Part shown: in pieces, positions 44,467-53,076 of the stretch
Layout: each line of letters starts with the position of its first letter
Numbering within the stretch: the stretch's first letter is position 1
Virus record (IMG/VR): IMGVR_UViG_3300010413_000010
Coordinates: 1 to 64,000 of that record
Reading direction: 5' to 3' (one strand)
DNA length: 64,000 nt
Source: a virus
Translations under genes and position numbers: made by a program
Notes under the pieces: model-generated
Seen by the model: only the letters and a program-made list of their open reading frames with translations
Databases searched by the model: none
What the model was told of the DNA's origin: nothing

Positions 44467-45096
44467 TTATGCACCGCCAAGTCGTCTTCGGCGTTCCTCT
44501 TTAAGTTTCTCGTAAGTTGTATCTCTGTATTCAGAGAGGAAGGCTTTTAATTGTGCGAACTGCTCAGGTTCAAGTGTAATAGGGTCGTTGTAATATTGTA
44601 AAGTCAACTGACTGGAGTTCACAACGCTTTCGATAAAGCCGTCTGTATTTATAGGATACAGCCCAATCTGCTCCATCACTTCCCCGCCATATATGACATC
44701 TCGGGAAGGATTGTCATCAGTGAGTGTGGCAAGACCGCTGTCTGTTTTAAACTTCACTTCCCCACTCATAAATCGCCATCTAGGGCCTTTATAGATAATG
44801 CGGAGTGCAAGCATTTTACCGATCCCCTGCACTGGGGTTTCAAGCGTTACAATAGAGGCTTCAAGTTCAACATTCCAAGGAGCGCCCCAGTACCCACCTT
44901 CGAGCGTGAGTTCGTCCAATCTGACAATGTAAGATGACCGTTCAATGTCATCATTGAATTGGATGTAGGTCCGATACTCATACTTTGTTCCCGGCACCGG
45001 TTTTGTTTCATAACCGGTCGGCCCAATAAGCATCGACATGCAACCAGTTAAACTGATGATACACAGCACCAGACTTGCAATAAAAGGTCTTTTCAT
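44467..45096 (-). CDS. lipoprotein
   Basis: MKRPFIASLVLCIISLTG|C lipobox; SD GAGGAG. Confidence 0.75.
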   Translation of the reverse strand: MKRPFIASLVLCIISLTGCMSMLIGPTGYETKPVPGTKYEYRTYIQFNDDIERSSYIVRLDELTLEGGYWGAPWNVELEASIVTLETPVQGIGKMLALRIIYKGPRWRFMSGEVKFKTDSGLATLTDDNPSRDVIYGGEVMEQIGLYPINTDGFIESVVNSSQLTLQYYNDPITLEPEQFAQLKAFLSEYRDTTYEKLKEERRRRLGGA

Positions 45097-45134
45097 ACTT
45101 CACTCTCCTCTTGAAATGCTCTATCTACAATTTT

Positions 45135-45557
45135 TCAGTTCAATGCTTCCTTAATCCCTTCTTCTAAATCAATTAACTTAGAACGTGCGTATCCGTAAAT
45201 CCAGCAGAGAGCTTCGGTAAGGAAAGAGTCATAGTAGTCATGTTCTACTGCTGTAATCCGATATATTATTCGGTGTATAGCTACTTTTTTAGTATCAGGC
45301 CAAAGGACCACAAAGTCCAGTCCCTTATGTAACGCAAACCCAGCAAGTAAACAAAAAGCATAAGAAAGCTTTCTTTTAACTCCTGCTTTAGCTTCTGCAC
45401 CGGCCATCGAACTTAAAACATGAGCGCCGACAAGAGCATCTACGGCTCTCATTACAATCTCATCGGGGTCAGGAGACGTTGATCCTCCCGCAGTGTTTTG
45501 GTGAAGCCATCTTTCATAAAGCTTTTCCTTCGGAAACTGAAGGCTTTTAATATCCAT
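45135..45557 (-). CDS. all-alpha protein, paralog of 45590..46009 (degenerate MazG-like?)
   Basis: IYRI..V.....L.EAL..IYGYA...IDLEEGIKE. Confidence 0.55.
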   Translation of the reverse strand: MDIKSLQFPKEKLYERWLHQNTAGGSTSPDPDEIVMRAVDALVGAHVLSSMAGAEAKAGVKRKLSYAFCLLAGFALHKGLDFVVLWPDTKKVAIHRIIYRITAVEHDYYDSFLTEALCWIYGYARSKLIDLEEGIKEALN

Positions 45558-45589
45558 CTATTTTCCCTTTTAAAATAAGACCAAAGGTC

Positions 45590-46009
45590 TTATTTTTTAA
45601 TCAGTTCCCGGATTCCGGCTTCTATATCTACTTTACGCTTGATGGCAAACCCGTAAAGAAAGTTTAAGGCTTCGCCTATAAGATAGGCGTGATTTGCTTC
45701 ATGTACTCCTGCGACCCTATAGATAACCTGTAGTATTTCTACTTCTTTTCCGGTCAACCAGTTAACTTTATCACTGATTCCGTATTCTCGCTGGACACCT
45801 ATTAAGAGGGCTACGGCCTGAGACAGCTCCCTGTACAGCATCCGCTCTGAATGGTCGCTCTCTACAGAGGAGAGTATACTCACTTTTGTCAGCCGCATAA
45901 TAACATCCATGAGTGTTTCGTTTATCATGGGTTTGTCATCACGGACAGTGGTGTAGTTTATACGCCACCAAGTATGAACTTTTTCATATGGAACATCTAG
46001 AGTATACAT
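45590..46009 (-). CDS. all-alpha protein, paralog of 45135..45557
   Basis: IYRV..V.....I.EAL..LYGFA...VDIEAGIRE. Confidence 0.55.
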   Translation of the reverse strand: MYTLDVPYEKVHTWWRINYTTVRDDKPMINETLMDVIMRLTKVSILSSVESDHSERMLYRELSQAVALLIGVQREYGISDKVNWLTGKEVEILQVIYRVAGVHEANHAYLIGEALNFLYGFAIKRKVDIEAGIRELIKK

Positions 46010-46529
46010 TATCCCACCTTCGGTATGTGAACTCTGCAGACACTGATCCACCGATCACAGCGTTGGCACTGCCTCTGCAGAGTTCCATGCTGACGGCCAA
46101 TCCCGTCGACTTCATTAGGTTCTATTCTACCATAATCATACTGATCGTAGGCATGGCCGAGTAGGGTACAGACTATTCTTTTTTTCATTCCTTCCCTTCG
46201 TAACACTTCGGTGGTGTTTCCCATAATGAAACAGGTGCGCCTTCTTCTCCCCACCACCTTCGTGCCGCTTGTTTTACTTGATCGGTGTAAGCCTCGGGGC
46301 ACTTGCTGAACTTACTACACCCCGTGTGAGGGCAGAAGGTTGTATCTCTGAAACACATCATATCTTTTCTTCGTCCTTGTTTGGGTTTGGATGAGGCGGG
46401 AACATCCATAGTTTTTCTTCTGGAATTTTACTTCGGCAATCTTCACAGTAGCAGGGGTAACCCACCTCGTCACCGAGGAACACACCACAGCGTTCGCAGA
46501 GTACACCGCGTAGAAGCATGTCAGCTATT

Positions 46530-46664
46530 TCACCCATCAACCCAGTCCTCAGCTAGTAGTGCGTAGCACTTCGGGCATTCGCCGTCGGAAGTCAGTTCAA
46601 CACCTTCTCCGGTCCAGCCACACTCAGGGCACTCAAATAGTTCGTGTTCTCTGGCATCTTTCAT
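46530..46664 (-). CDS. 44-aa Zn-ribbon microprotein (absent from ORF track)
   Basis: MKDAREHELFECPECGWTG...ECPKC; ATGA coupling upstream. Confidence 0.55.
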   Translation of the reverse strand: MKDAREHELFECPECGWTGEGVELTSDGECPKCYALLAEDWVDG

Positions 46665-47074
46665 TCCTCTTCCTTCCGAAAGATCACCCCGGTCTTCAGT
46701 TCATCGTCAACAATGACATTTGCTTTCTTATAGGTGATGTCTCTCACTTCTGGGTATCGGGTCTGAGCGGACCCAGTTGTTCTCATCAGTTGCTTATAGT
46801 CGGTGGCCCCGAACAGGACCATCTCTTCTCTAGGTCTTAGGGTAAGGAGCTTTGTTCTAAGAGATGCTCCACGGTTTCTTTTCAGCCTTTTCATCTCCGC
46901 ATCATGTTCAACTTCGATAGCATCGAGATACTTTATCAGTAATAAAGCATCTCTTTCATCTATCTTCATCGCACCGATAGCTTTCCTCATCAGCTTCCCA
47001 GCTTTACTCATCTTCGCCCTCCGCATCACTTTCTTCGGTCTTTGGGCTTTCAATAAGGTTAATCTTCCGTCCAC
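46661..47074 (-). CDS. hypothetical basic protein
   Basis: Part of a coupled - strand operon; true start may be downstream. Confidence 0.5.
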   Translation of the reverse strand: MDGRLTLLKAQRPKKVMRRAKMSKAGKLMRKAIGAMKIDERDALLLIKYLDAIEVEHDAEMKRLKRNRGASLRTKLLTLRPREEMVLFGATDYKQLMRTTGSAQTRYPEVRDITYKKANVIVDDELKTGVIFRKEEE

Positions 47075-47429
47075 AATACGGACAGTATGTAAAGTCCCAC
47101 TTTGTTTCAGGCATTATAGAGTCGGGTTTAAAGAGGCCGAAACCTCTTTTACCTGTTGTTCCAACACATCCGATATTGAAATTCAAATCAAAGACTCTTA
47201 CCCAGTCACAGGCGCTTTCGTCTTTCTTTAGTGCATGGAATTTCCCGTTCAGCTCCCGGAGAATCTTCTGGGCAATTCGATGGTTGAACTGATGACTATT
47301 GTCCATTAGTGGGTGCTGATCTCTCGTCACCATCGAAGACAGGTCTCCAAGAAGTTCTGGGATAGTCTTTTCTTTTAAGTTCTCACTCAACTTCATTATC
47401 TCCTTGAACCGAATCGGTACAAAACACAT
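47004..47429 (-). CDS. hypothetical protein with C-terminal YCPYCG motif
   Basis: FTYCPYCGRKI typical of small phage proteins. Confidence 0.55.
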   Translation of the reverse strand: MCFVPIRFKEIMKLSENLKEKTIPELLGDLSSMVTRDQHPLMDNSHQFNHRIAQKILRELNGKFHALKKDESACDWVRVFDLNFNIGCVGTTGKRGFGLFKPDSIMPETKWDFTYCPYCGRKINLIESPKTEESDAEGEDE

Positions 47430-47451
47430 GCTTTGTACCCAAAAGGTTCAA

Positions 47452-47751
47452 TTACACTACCGGCATCGGAGTTGGGTAGCGCCAGTAGGAATACACTTGA
47501 TGTTCACCGGTCGGCCACACATCACAAACCCACTGATTGTGCATCTCCGGGATACAGACTTCCGTGGTCGTCCCTCTGGGAGGCCGAGCTTTCTTAGTTT
47601 TGATCCACCCATTCTCGTCCATGTAGTGTACCGATAGAATCGCCTTATAGTGCTCTTTCCAGAGAGGGTCTTCTTCCAACACTGGGGTTTCGTGGTGCTT
47701 TTTACAAATCCGTAAGTAATCGTCGCGGTATACGCTAAATGGTTTTTTCAT
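47452..47751 (-). CDS. DUF551-like hypothetical protein
   Basis: GWIK....PP...YW..P.P pattern. Confidence 0.45.
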   Translation of the reverse strand: MKKPFSVYRDDYLRICKKHHETPVLEEDPLWKEHYKAILSVHYMDENGWIKTKKARPPRGTTTEVCIPEMHNQWVCDVWPTGEHQVYSYWRYPTPMPVV

Positions 47752-48248
47752 CTTAGCTCCTGTTCGTCTCCGTATTCGTTATGGAATATCTCGAAAGCAG
47801 ACTTCTGTAAATATTCTTCCAAGGTATATGTATTCTTGGGGATGTAAGGAGAAGGTATCTCGTTAAATGAAAAACCAATCGTTGGCTCATAAACACGTCC
47901 TTCTATAATAGCACACATATGATAGCGCTTAGTTTCCGTGTTGTAAAGAATTTGGAGATACCCTTCATAATGGAATTGTTCCACAGCAATCCAGAGAAGG
48001 AGTGCAGACATATCCTCACAATCCCCGGTTCGCAGAGTTAAAGTTTCTACGGGGTCTTGCCATTCATCATCCGGTTTTAAATCCCAGTCGCTGCTTCCGA
48101 TGTCCGAGACGTACTCAACGTTTTCGTAAATCCAGATATTTGCTTCGATAATCGAATCGAACTCAGGCATAATTACGAAGCCTAAATAAGGGTGACACCC
48201 TACATGCAGACCTATCGATAACACGGTAAGTAATAACAGTTTTTTCAT
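47748..48248 (-). CDS. exported transglutaminase-like cysteine protease (probable lipoprotein)
   Basis: Signal ending HVG|C; EWQDPVETL..RTGDCEDMS; YHM; YEPT. Confidence 0.75.
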   Translation of the reverse strand: MKKLLLLTVLSIGLHVGCHPYLGFVIMPEFDSIIEANIWIYENVEYVSDIGSSDWDLKPDDEWQDPVETLTLRTGDCEDMSALLLWIAVEQFHYEGYLQILYNTETKRYHMCAIIEGRVYEPTIGFSFNEIPSPYIPKNTYTLEEYLQKSAFEIFHNEYGDEQELR

Positions 48249-48312
48249 ATTTACCTCATACGATTTTGTCTTACTGTCAGTCTAACACAGCACGTCGCAA
48301 TTTACAGCAAAT

Positions 48313-48477
48313 TTATCCTTGGCTACACATTGGACAGCTATGCTGCCAACTCCCGTCCCGGCCCTTAAAAGCCTTCCATCCTTCAATCTTCGCTTTATCT
48401 TTCACGATAAAGAGAGGTCCTTCATACTTCGTCTCTACCTTCTTACATACATCACAGAAATATACAGTGGAGACCAT
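48313..48477 (-). CDS. 54-aa Zn-binding protein (absent from ORF track), similar pattern to 13761..13961
   Basis: MVSTVYFCDVC...GW.....HSCPMC. Confidence 0.55.
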   Translation of the reverse strand: MVSTVYFCDVCKKVETKYEGPLFIVKDKAKIEGWKAFKGRDGSWQHSCPMCSQG

Positions 48478-48731
48478 TACGAGGCCTCCTTCATGAAGCC
48501 CCAGTCATGGGCTTTTAAGAGAGCGTCTACTTGCTCTTCTAATGAAGCAGCCGTAGTCTTGTGCAGTTCTGTGAGCTCATCGATCTTGGCCTTGGCCTCC
48601 TCCAGGCTCTTAACCCCACGGGCTTCGAGCTGGTTCATAAGGCCTTGGAGCTCACCTTCAAATCTCGCCTTTGCCTCTCTGGACTGGGCGATCTCTTCTT
48701 TCATCTTGAGGAGTTTTTCTTCAGTAGTCAT
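48477..48731 (-). CDS. coiled-coil protein
   Basis: Heptad pattern; TAATG coupling. Confidence 0.6.
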   Translation of the reverse strand: MTTEEKLLKMKEEIAQSREAKARFEGELQGLMNQLEARGVKSLEEAKAKIDELTELHKTTAASLEEQVDALLKAHDWGFMKEAS

Positions 48732-49042
48732 TAAGCGATCCCCCGCTGCACTTTACGCGCCTGTAAAGCCCGTTTGTTCTTGGCTCGGCGTTTAGCGATC
48801 TTCTTCGCCTTCATCACCTCTTTACCGAGATCAACGTTCTTGGACTTCATCGCCGCTCTTCTTTGAGCGCGATTAGTACCATCTGCAGAGGGGTAGCCGG
48901 TGACTCCTTTTCCCTCAAGGATTTTCCGCTCTCTCTTTGTGATCTTGCATCCTCGTGCCTGACGGCTCAGGATGACACTCTTCAATTCGTCTGTGTTACT
49001 CAATTTTCTGACTCCTTTGGGAGTCAGTCGCTCGGGATACAT
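48731..49042 (-). CDS. highly basic (K/R-rich) small protein
   Basis: NRAQRRAAMK, KKIAKRRAKNKR. Confidence 0.6.
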   Translation of the reverse strand: MYPERLTPKGVRKLSNTDELKSVILSRQARGCKITKRERKILEGKGVTGYPSADGTNRAQRRAAMKSKNVDLGKEVMKAKKIAKRRAKNKRALQARKVQRGIA

Positions 49043-49152
49043 TATGACCAGTATCTATTGCGGGAAGACTCCCTTAAACACTGGTAAATGTATTGAGCTT
49101 AGTTCTTTTTCGGTAGGTATTGCCTAAGCTATTTGTATTAACGTTCAGAGAT

Positions 49153-49181
49153 ATTTTATCATGGAAACCCCAAAATGTCAA
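49153..49181 (-). promoter_or_regulatory. sigma70-type promoter
   Basis: TTGACA-17-TAAAAT with extended -10 TG. Confidence 0.75.
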
Positions 49182-49269
49182 CTATCTCCACTCTAAAAAT
49201 CCCCTTGTAACATTTTATTTTTAAAGTAACTTTGATTTTGTTACAGTGAAATATTTATGTTACATTGCC

Positions 49270-49512
49270 CTATTGTACCCACTCTCTGAACACATCAATG
49301 TTCATAGGGCCGGTTTTTCTATCGACTTCTTTCCCGCCAATAATCTTCACAAAGGTCGGAACGGTTCTTACACCGAACTCTTCCATCATAGCCACGTTGT
49401 CCTCTGCATCGATGTAGTGGATAACATGACCTTCTTCTCGCAGCTTCTCGACTACGAGCTTCATCATTTTACAGGGGTTGCACCACTTGGCCCCAAAGAA
49501 ATTTATGTGCAT
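49270..49512 (-). CDS. trxA: thioredoxin
   Basis: WCNPC active site; GVRTVPTF. Confidence 0.88.
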   Translation of the reverse strand: MHINFFGAKWCNPCKMMKLVVEKLREEGHVIHYIDAEDNVAMMEEFGVRTVPTFVKIIGGKEVDRKTGPMNIDVFREWVQ

Positions 49513-50499
49513 TTATGCGCTCCATTTTAGTAGGTTCTTGTTCTGTTCATACTTAGCGACACTGTTCTGAATGCGAACTTGGTTTTTCAGCCGCTTTTTT
49601 AGAAAATCTAACAACTCCATGTTTTTAAAGAAGCCGGGTTGGTTACACCAGGCGGCAATATCTTTGTAGAAATCTATGTGTTCACTTTCCCAGCAGGAAA
49701 TATCACGCATGACATAGGGGAGGATTTTCCGGTCCCGGAGGAATTCAATACGTTGTACAGTATCTGATAATGGCATCGCCGGATTGATGTAGACGAAAAA
49801 CTTTAACCCCCATGGCTTACACCAGGTGAGAAGTTCCAATTGCTTTTCGATGAGATTTCTATACTTCCAGTCGTCAAACGCAAACACGTATTCACGAGTG
49901 TATCGTATTTGCGATAGAAGAAGAGAATTCTCTTCATCAAGAAGACGTATGTCCAGCCCTTGATTGAATTCGCACCTTATCTTCGCATCGATGATTTCTT
50001 GGAGGATCGCTTTGTGATCTGGGTAAGCAAGGATGTTATTGTCAAGGAACTGTACTACCTTGTGTCGGACGATCTCCTGGAGGCTCTTATCTCTTCGTAT
50101 CATTCCTTCTTTTTGCGGAACAACACAGAAGCTACAATTACGGATGCACCCCCGAGTAAGAAACCCATAAGAGGTGTCATTGTCAGGGTACAGTGAATAA
50201 TCTGGCTCCAGATCATCGATCTCTTGTGGTAACACTTTTGTTAGAGAGTATCCGGTGCCGCCGAACTCGATACTGTCACCTTCGATGTAGTTAATTGACT
50301 TGTTATAGACAACTGAGCAATACACCTGGTCGTACTTCTCCGTGGGGATGTGTTTGATTTCTTTTCTTCTATGTGGAGAGTAGGGGATTTTCAGTTCTAA
50401 TAGTTCTACTGTATCCCCTTTACTCTTATGGTAAGTCGCCAATTTCATCAATGCTAAATTCGGAATAACCGAATCTGCATCGACAAGGAGAATACGCAT
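49513..50499 (-). CDS. radical SAM protein (phage family)
   Basis: TRGCIRNCSFC (CX3CX2C); PNLALMKL; LDNNIL; FNQGLDIRL. Confidence 0.88.
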   Translation of the reverse strand: MRILLVDADSVIPNLALMKLATYHKSKGDTVELLELKIPYSPHRRKEIKHIPTEKYDQVYCSVVYNKSINYIEGDSIEFGGTGYSLTKVLPQEIDDLEPDYSLYPDNDTSYGFLTRGCIRNCSFCVVPQKEGMIRRDKSLQEIVRHKVVQFLDNNILAYPDHKAILQEIIDAKIRCEFNQGLDIRLLDEENSLLLSQIRYTREYVFAFDDWKYRNLIEKQLELLTWCKPWGLKFFVYINPAMPLSDTVQRIEFLRDRKILPYVMRDISCWESEHIDFYKDIAAWCNQPGFFKNMELLDFLKKRLKNQVRIQNSVAKYEQNKNLLKWSA

Positions 50500-50508
50500 T
50501 CTGCCCCC

Positions 50509-50712
50509 TCACTTTATCACCGGTGGTTCAATGTCCCAGGTTTGCCACTGGGTTACATCCCCCAATTGGATCGTATCTGGAAAGTTTTTCTGTGTAATTT
50601 GTATTGCGTATTTGTCAATTTCGGAAGCATAGTATTTTGTAACTGGAATACCCGCCCGTTGGAGTGCCACCTGACCAGCGGATATCCCGTCAAATAGACT
50701 GAGTACTATCAT
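50509..50712 (-). pseudogene. N-terminal fragment of a C5-cytosine DNA methyltransferase
   Basis: MIVLSLFDGISAGQVAL..YYASEIDKYAI..QLGDV (motifs I-III); stops before the catalytic PC. Confidence 0.8.
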
Positions 50713-50722
50713 TTCTTTTCCT

Positions 50723-50962
50723 TTATAATTCGTCGCAGTAGATCGGAGTTCGTTCCCCGTAGTAGGCTCCGGCGATGTTGTAGTCGAAGTAGTCAATCGC
50801 GTTATCAATCCCCATGTCTTTCTCAAGCTGGGAGATTATTCTGTTGGAGGAGTAGATGAGCCTTTCATTTTGTATATCAACACCAATGATGGCATCGTCG
50901 CGCCCAGTAAGAAAAACGAAAGGAATTCCAGGGTAACGGTCTTTTACATCTTGGATTGTCAT
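50723..50962 (-). CDS. conserved-type small phage protein
   Basis: DDAIIG...AIDYFDYNIAGAYYGERTPIY. Confidence 0.65.
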   Translation of the reverse strand: MTIQDVKDRYPGIPFVFLTGRDDAIIGVDIQNERLIYSSNRIISQLEKDMGIDNAIDYFDYNIAGAYYGERTPIYCDEL

Positions 50963-52122
50963 TAGGTTACCTCACACCCCCCGCCACCACAGGCAGCTTC
51001 GGCTTGGAGACTGGTTGTATCTGCATCTTCAATCACTTGGGTGAGATCAATCTGTTTAAGAACCTCGACGCGTTTTTCGAACTCTTCCTTAGAAATATCT
51101 TCAAAAGGAGCCTGAGTGTATGTCCCGCCATCATAAGGAAGAACAGAAATAGCAGTGAAGTCTTCCCGGTTATCCCACATCCACTCCGCTACTTCAGCCC
51201 ACTCGTCAGGCCGAACACTGATTGTGCAGGAGACGTTATTCCGGTTGTCACCTTCTACATGACCGGGCTTCACCCACTCCACGTTGAAACGCCGTACCCG
51301 GCGTAAGGTGCCCAAAGCGGTCTCAGTTCTCAGAACGGCATGATCAGGAGCCTTCTGAGGTACAGTGATGACGGCCATAGTCTCCGGCCGAAACTTCTCA
51401 TCCTCGACGAGCTCAGGGTGGAGGAGAGATAAGTAGCTGTAGATAGCTTCGTTCTTCCCGACCCGGATACGTCTGAGATAGTAATCATTGTGCCAAGCAT
51501 GGACCCCGGAGGAGGTTCCACATACCAACGAAGCAGTTCCTTCGGGCTTGATCGCTGTAGTTCTGGCAGCAGGATTGATGCCAATAGCATGAGCAGTAAG
51601 GGTGTTCATATCCTTTACTTCTTTTGCAACCGTAGCCAGGTCAAGGTTGTCTACCCGGCCGGAGGCGATGCCAGTCATGGATACGCCGATGAGGGCTTCC
51701 TCTTCTGTTGTCTCCTTCCACTTGGCTCCAAGATAATGGAAGTCAGTGTAGGATGCTTGAAGGGTCGCAATGAAGGATGCAGCCCGAGCTCGTTTATTGA
51801 GATCGTCCTGATCCTCAACATCGGAAGCATTGATGGTTACGAGATTGCAAAATTGATGGCTACGGAGAGAAATTTCCCCGCACGGATTAAGCCCCCAGTC
51901 CGTGTTGTCAGTGAACATCACACCAGGCTCTCCAGCACCAGAGGCTTTCACACGATCCCAGACTTTAAGGAATTCTTCCTGGGTGATCTTATTTCTCTCC
52001 ATCACAACGGTGTTGTTAGCTCGTCCACGGTGGGAGTGGAGTTCCCACCAGTTGCCGGACTTACAGGTCAACATCTCGTAATCGTCGAGAGAGAAGAGGG
52101 AGATCATTGCTGCTCTACGAAT
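50962..52122 (-). CDS. nrdJ: class II (B12-dependent) ribonucleotide reductase, exon 2
   Basis: IRRAAMISL, RANN, GEPG, NPCGEI, FCNL, KPEGTAS, C-terminal ACGGGGCE. Confidence 0.92.
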   Translation of the reverse strand: MRRAAMISLFSLDDYEMLTCKSGNWWELHSHRGRANNTVVMERNKITQEEFLKVWDRVKASGAGEPGVMFTDNTDWGLNPCGEISLRSHQFCNLVTINASDVEDQDDLNKRARAASFIATLQASYTDFHYLGAKWKETTEEEALIGVSMTGIASGRVDNLDLATVAKEVKDMNTLTAHAIGINPAARTTAIKPEGTASLVCGTSSGVHAWHNDYYLRRIRVGKNEAIYSYLSLLHPELVEDEKFRPETMAVITVPQKAPDHAVLRTETALGTLRRVRRFNVEWVKPGHVEGDNRNNVSCTISVRPDEWAEVAEWMWDNREDFTAISVLPYDGGTYTQAPFEDISKEEFEKRVEVLKQIDLTQVIEDADTTSLQAEAACGGGGCEVT

Positions 52123-53076
52123 CGTTTACCCCTACGTTTCCATAGGGAACGGACTATCTCTTAACTCTTCTGAGCCTCGGATTTCTTGGAGAGGTTATTG
52201 TGTCGTCTACTCACTCTCTAGTCTCTGAACCTTCCTGTTACTTTTATGACGTTCACAGGAGTGGTAACGGATTGCCATATCGTTAGACTTAGGTTTCCCG
52301 TTTTAACCCGATTAGGTGGCCTTCGTAGTTTAGGCAGCAGGTTGGAGAGCGGCTTTGTATTCGTTCAGAAACATCGACGCTTTCCTTTGTTTTCTATGAT
52401 TGAATAATACAGAAGGCTCGGCATAGAGCCATTCGACAAACGCAGCAACCCGCGCCATGTTACCAAACTTCAAGTCGTAACAGGCTTCATCCCTACGAGG
52501 GCGCACGGTCGTAGCAATGTTTAGCTCCTCTTCCATAATCCTTTGTATAGAGGATAAGAACTCGAAGCTGCTGTGGGTGAATCCAATATTTGCCCAAAGC
52601 CGGTCCCGGTCTTTCCGGTGCCCATAACTTATATGACCGTCCGCATCGAAGAACCCACGGAGATAATGCCTCATCAGGTTCCGGGGGATATTCACAATCC
52701 TTCGGTCGTTTTTCAAACCCAACACACCATACTTATTGAAAAGAGGGGAAAATTTAGAACTAAAGGCTAGTGTTGCAGTTTTTTTCTCCGTCTTAATGTT
52801 GTACTTCTTGTTGATCGTTACTTTATAATTAACTGCTGTGTCGGGGCAGTATAAGCGCTGAAACATTTCAATAAGATATGTATCCACAGAACTCACACTG
52901 AGACGGGCTTTGCGTTTATGAGTAGGTTGATTAAAAATACCATCCCCGGCTAAGTAGCCGATGAGGTAGGCAGACTCTGGGTCGAGTTTGTCGAAAATAT
53001 TCAATCTGTATTTCTTTGCATTTATAAGATACTCTTTCATTTCTGATTTTCTCCTGTATTATGTTATTTAGAGCTG
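52123..53076 (-). mobile_element. group I self-splicing intron (954 nt) in nrdJ
   Basis: Exon 1 ends in U and the intron in G; splicing restores AVLAGG|IRRAAMIS; R GUUCAGAGACUAGA (52230-52217), S AAGAGAUAGUCC (52162-52151); P1 and P10 pairings present. Confidence 0.92.
52330..53040 (-). CDS. intron-encoded double-motif LAGLIDADG homing endonuclease
   Basis: AYLIGYLAGDG and HYLRGFFDADG; own SD AGGAG. Confidence 0.9.
   Translation of the reverse strand: MKEYLINAKKYRLNIFDKLDPESAYLIGYLAGDGIFNQPTHKRKARLSVSSVDTYLIEMFQRLYCPDTAVNYKVTINKKYNIKTEKKTATLAFSSKFSPLFNKYGVLGLKNDRRIVNIPRNLMRHYLRGFFDADGHISYGHRKDRDRLWANIGFTHSSFEFLSSIQRIMEEELNIATTVRPRRDEACYDLKFGNMARVAAFVEWLYAEPSVLFNHRKQRKASMFLNEYKAALQPAA

Noticed and set aside
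52330-53040. Intein in NrdJ
   Set aside because: The endonuclease is a separate ORF bounded by stops, has no splicing-block residues, and group I RNA motifs are present
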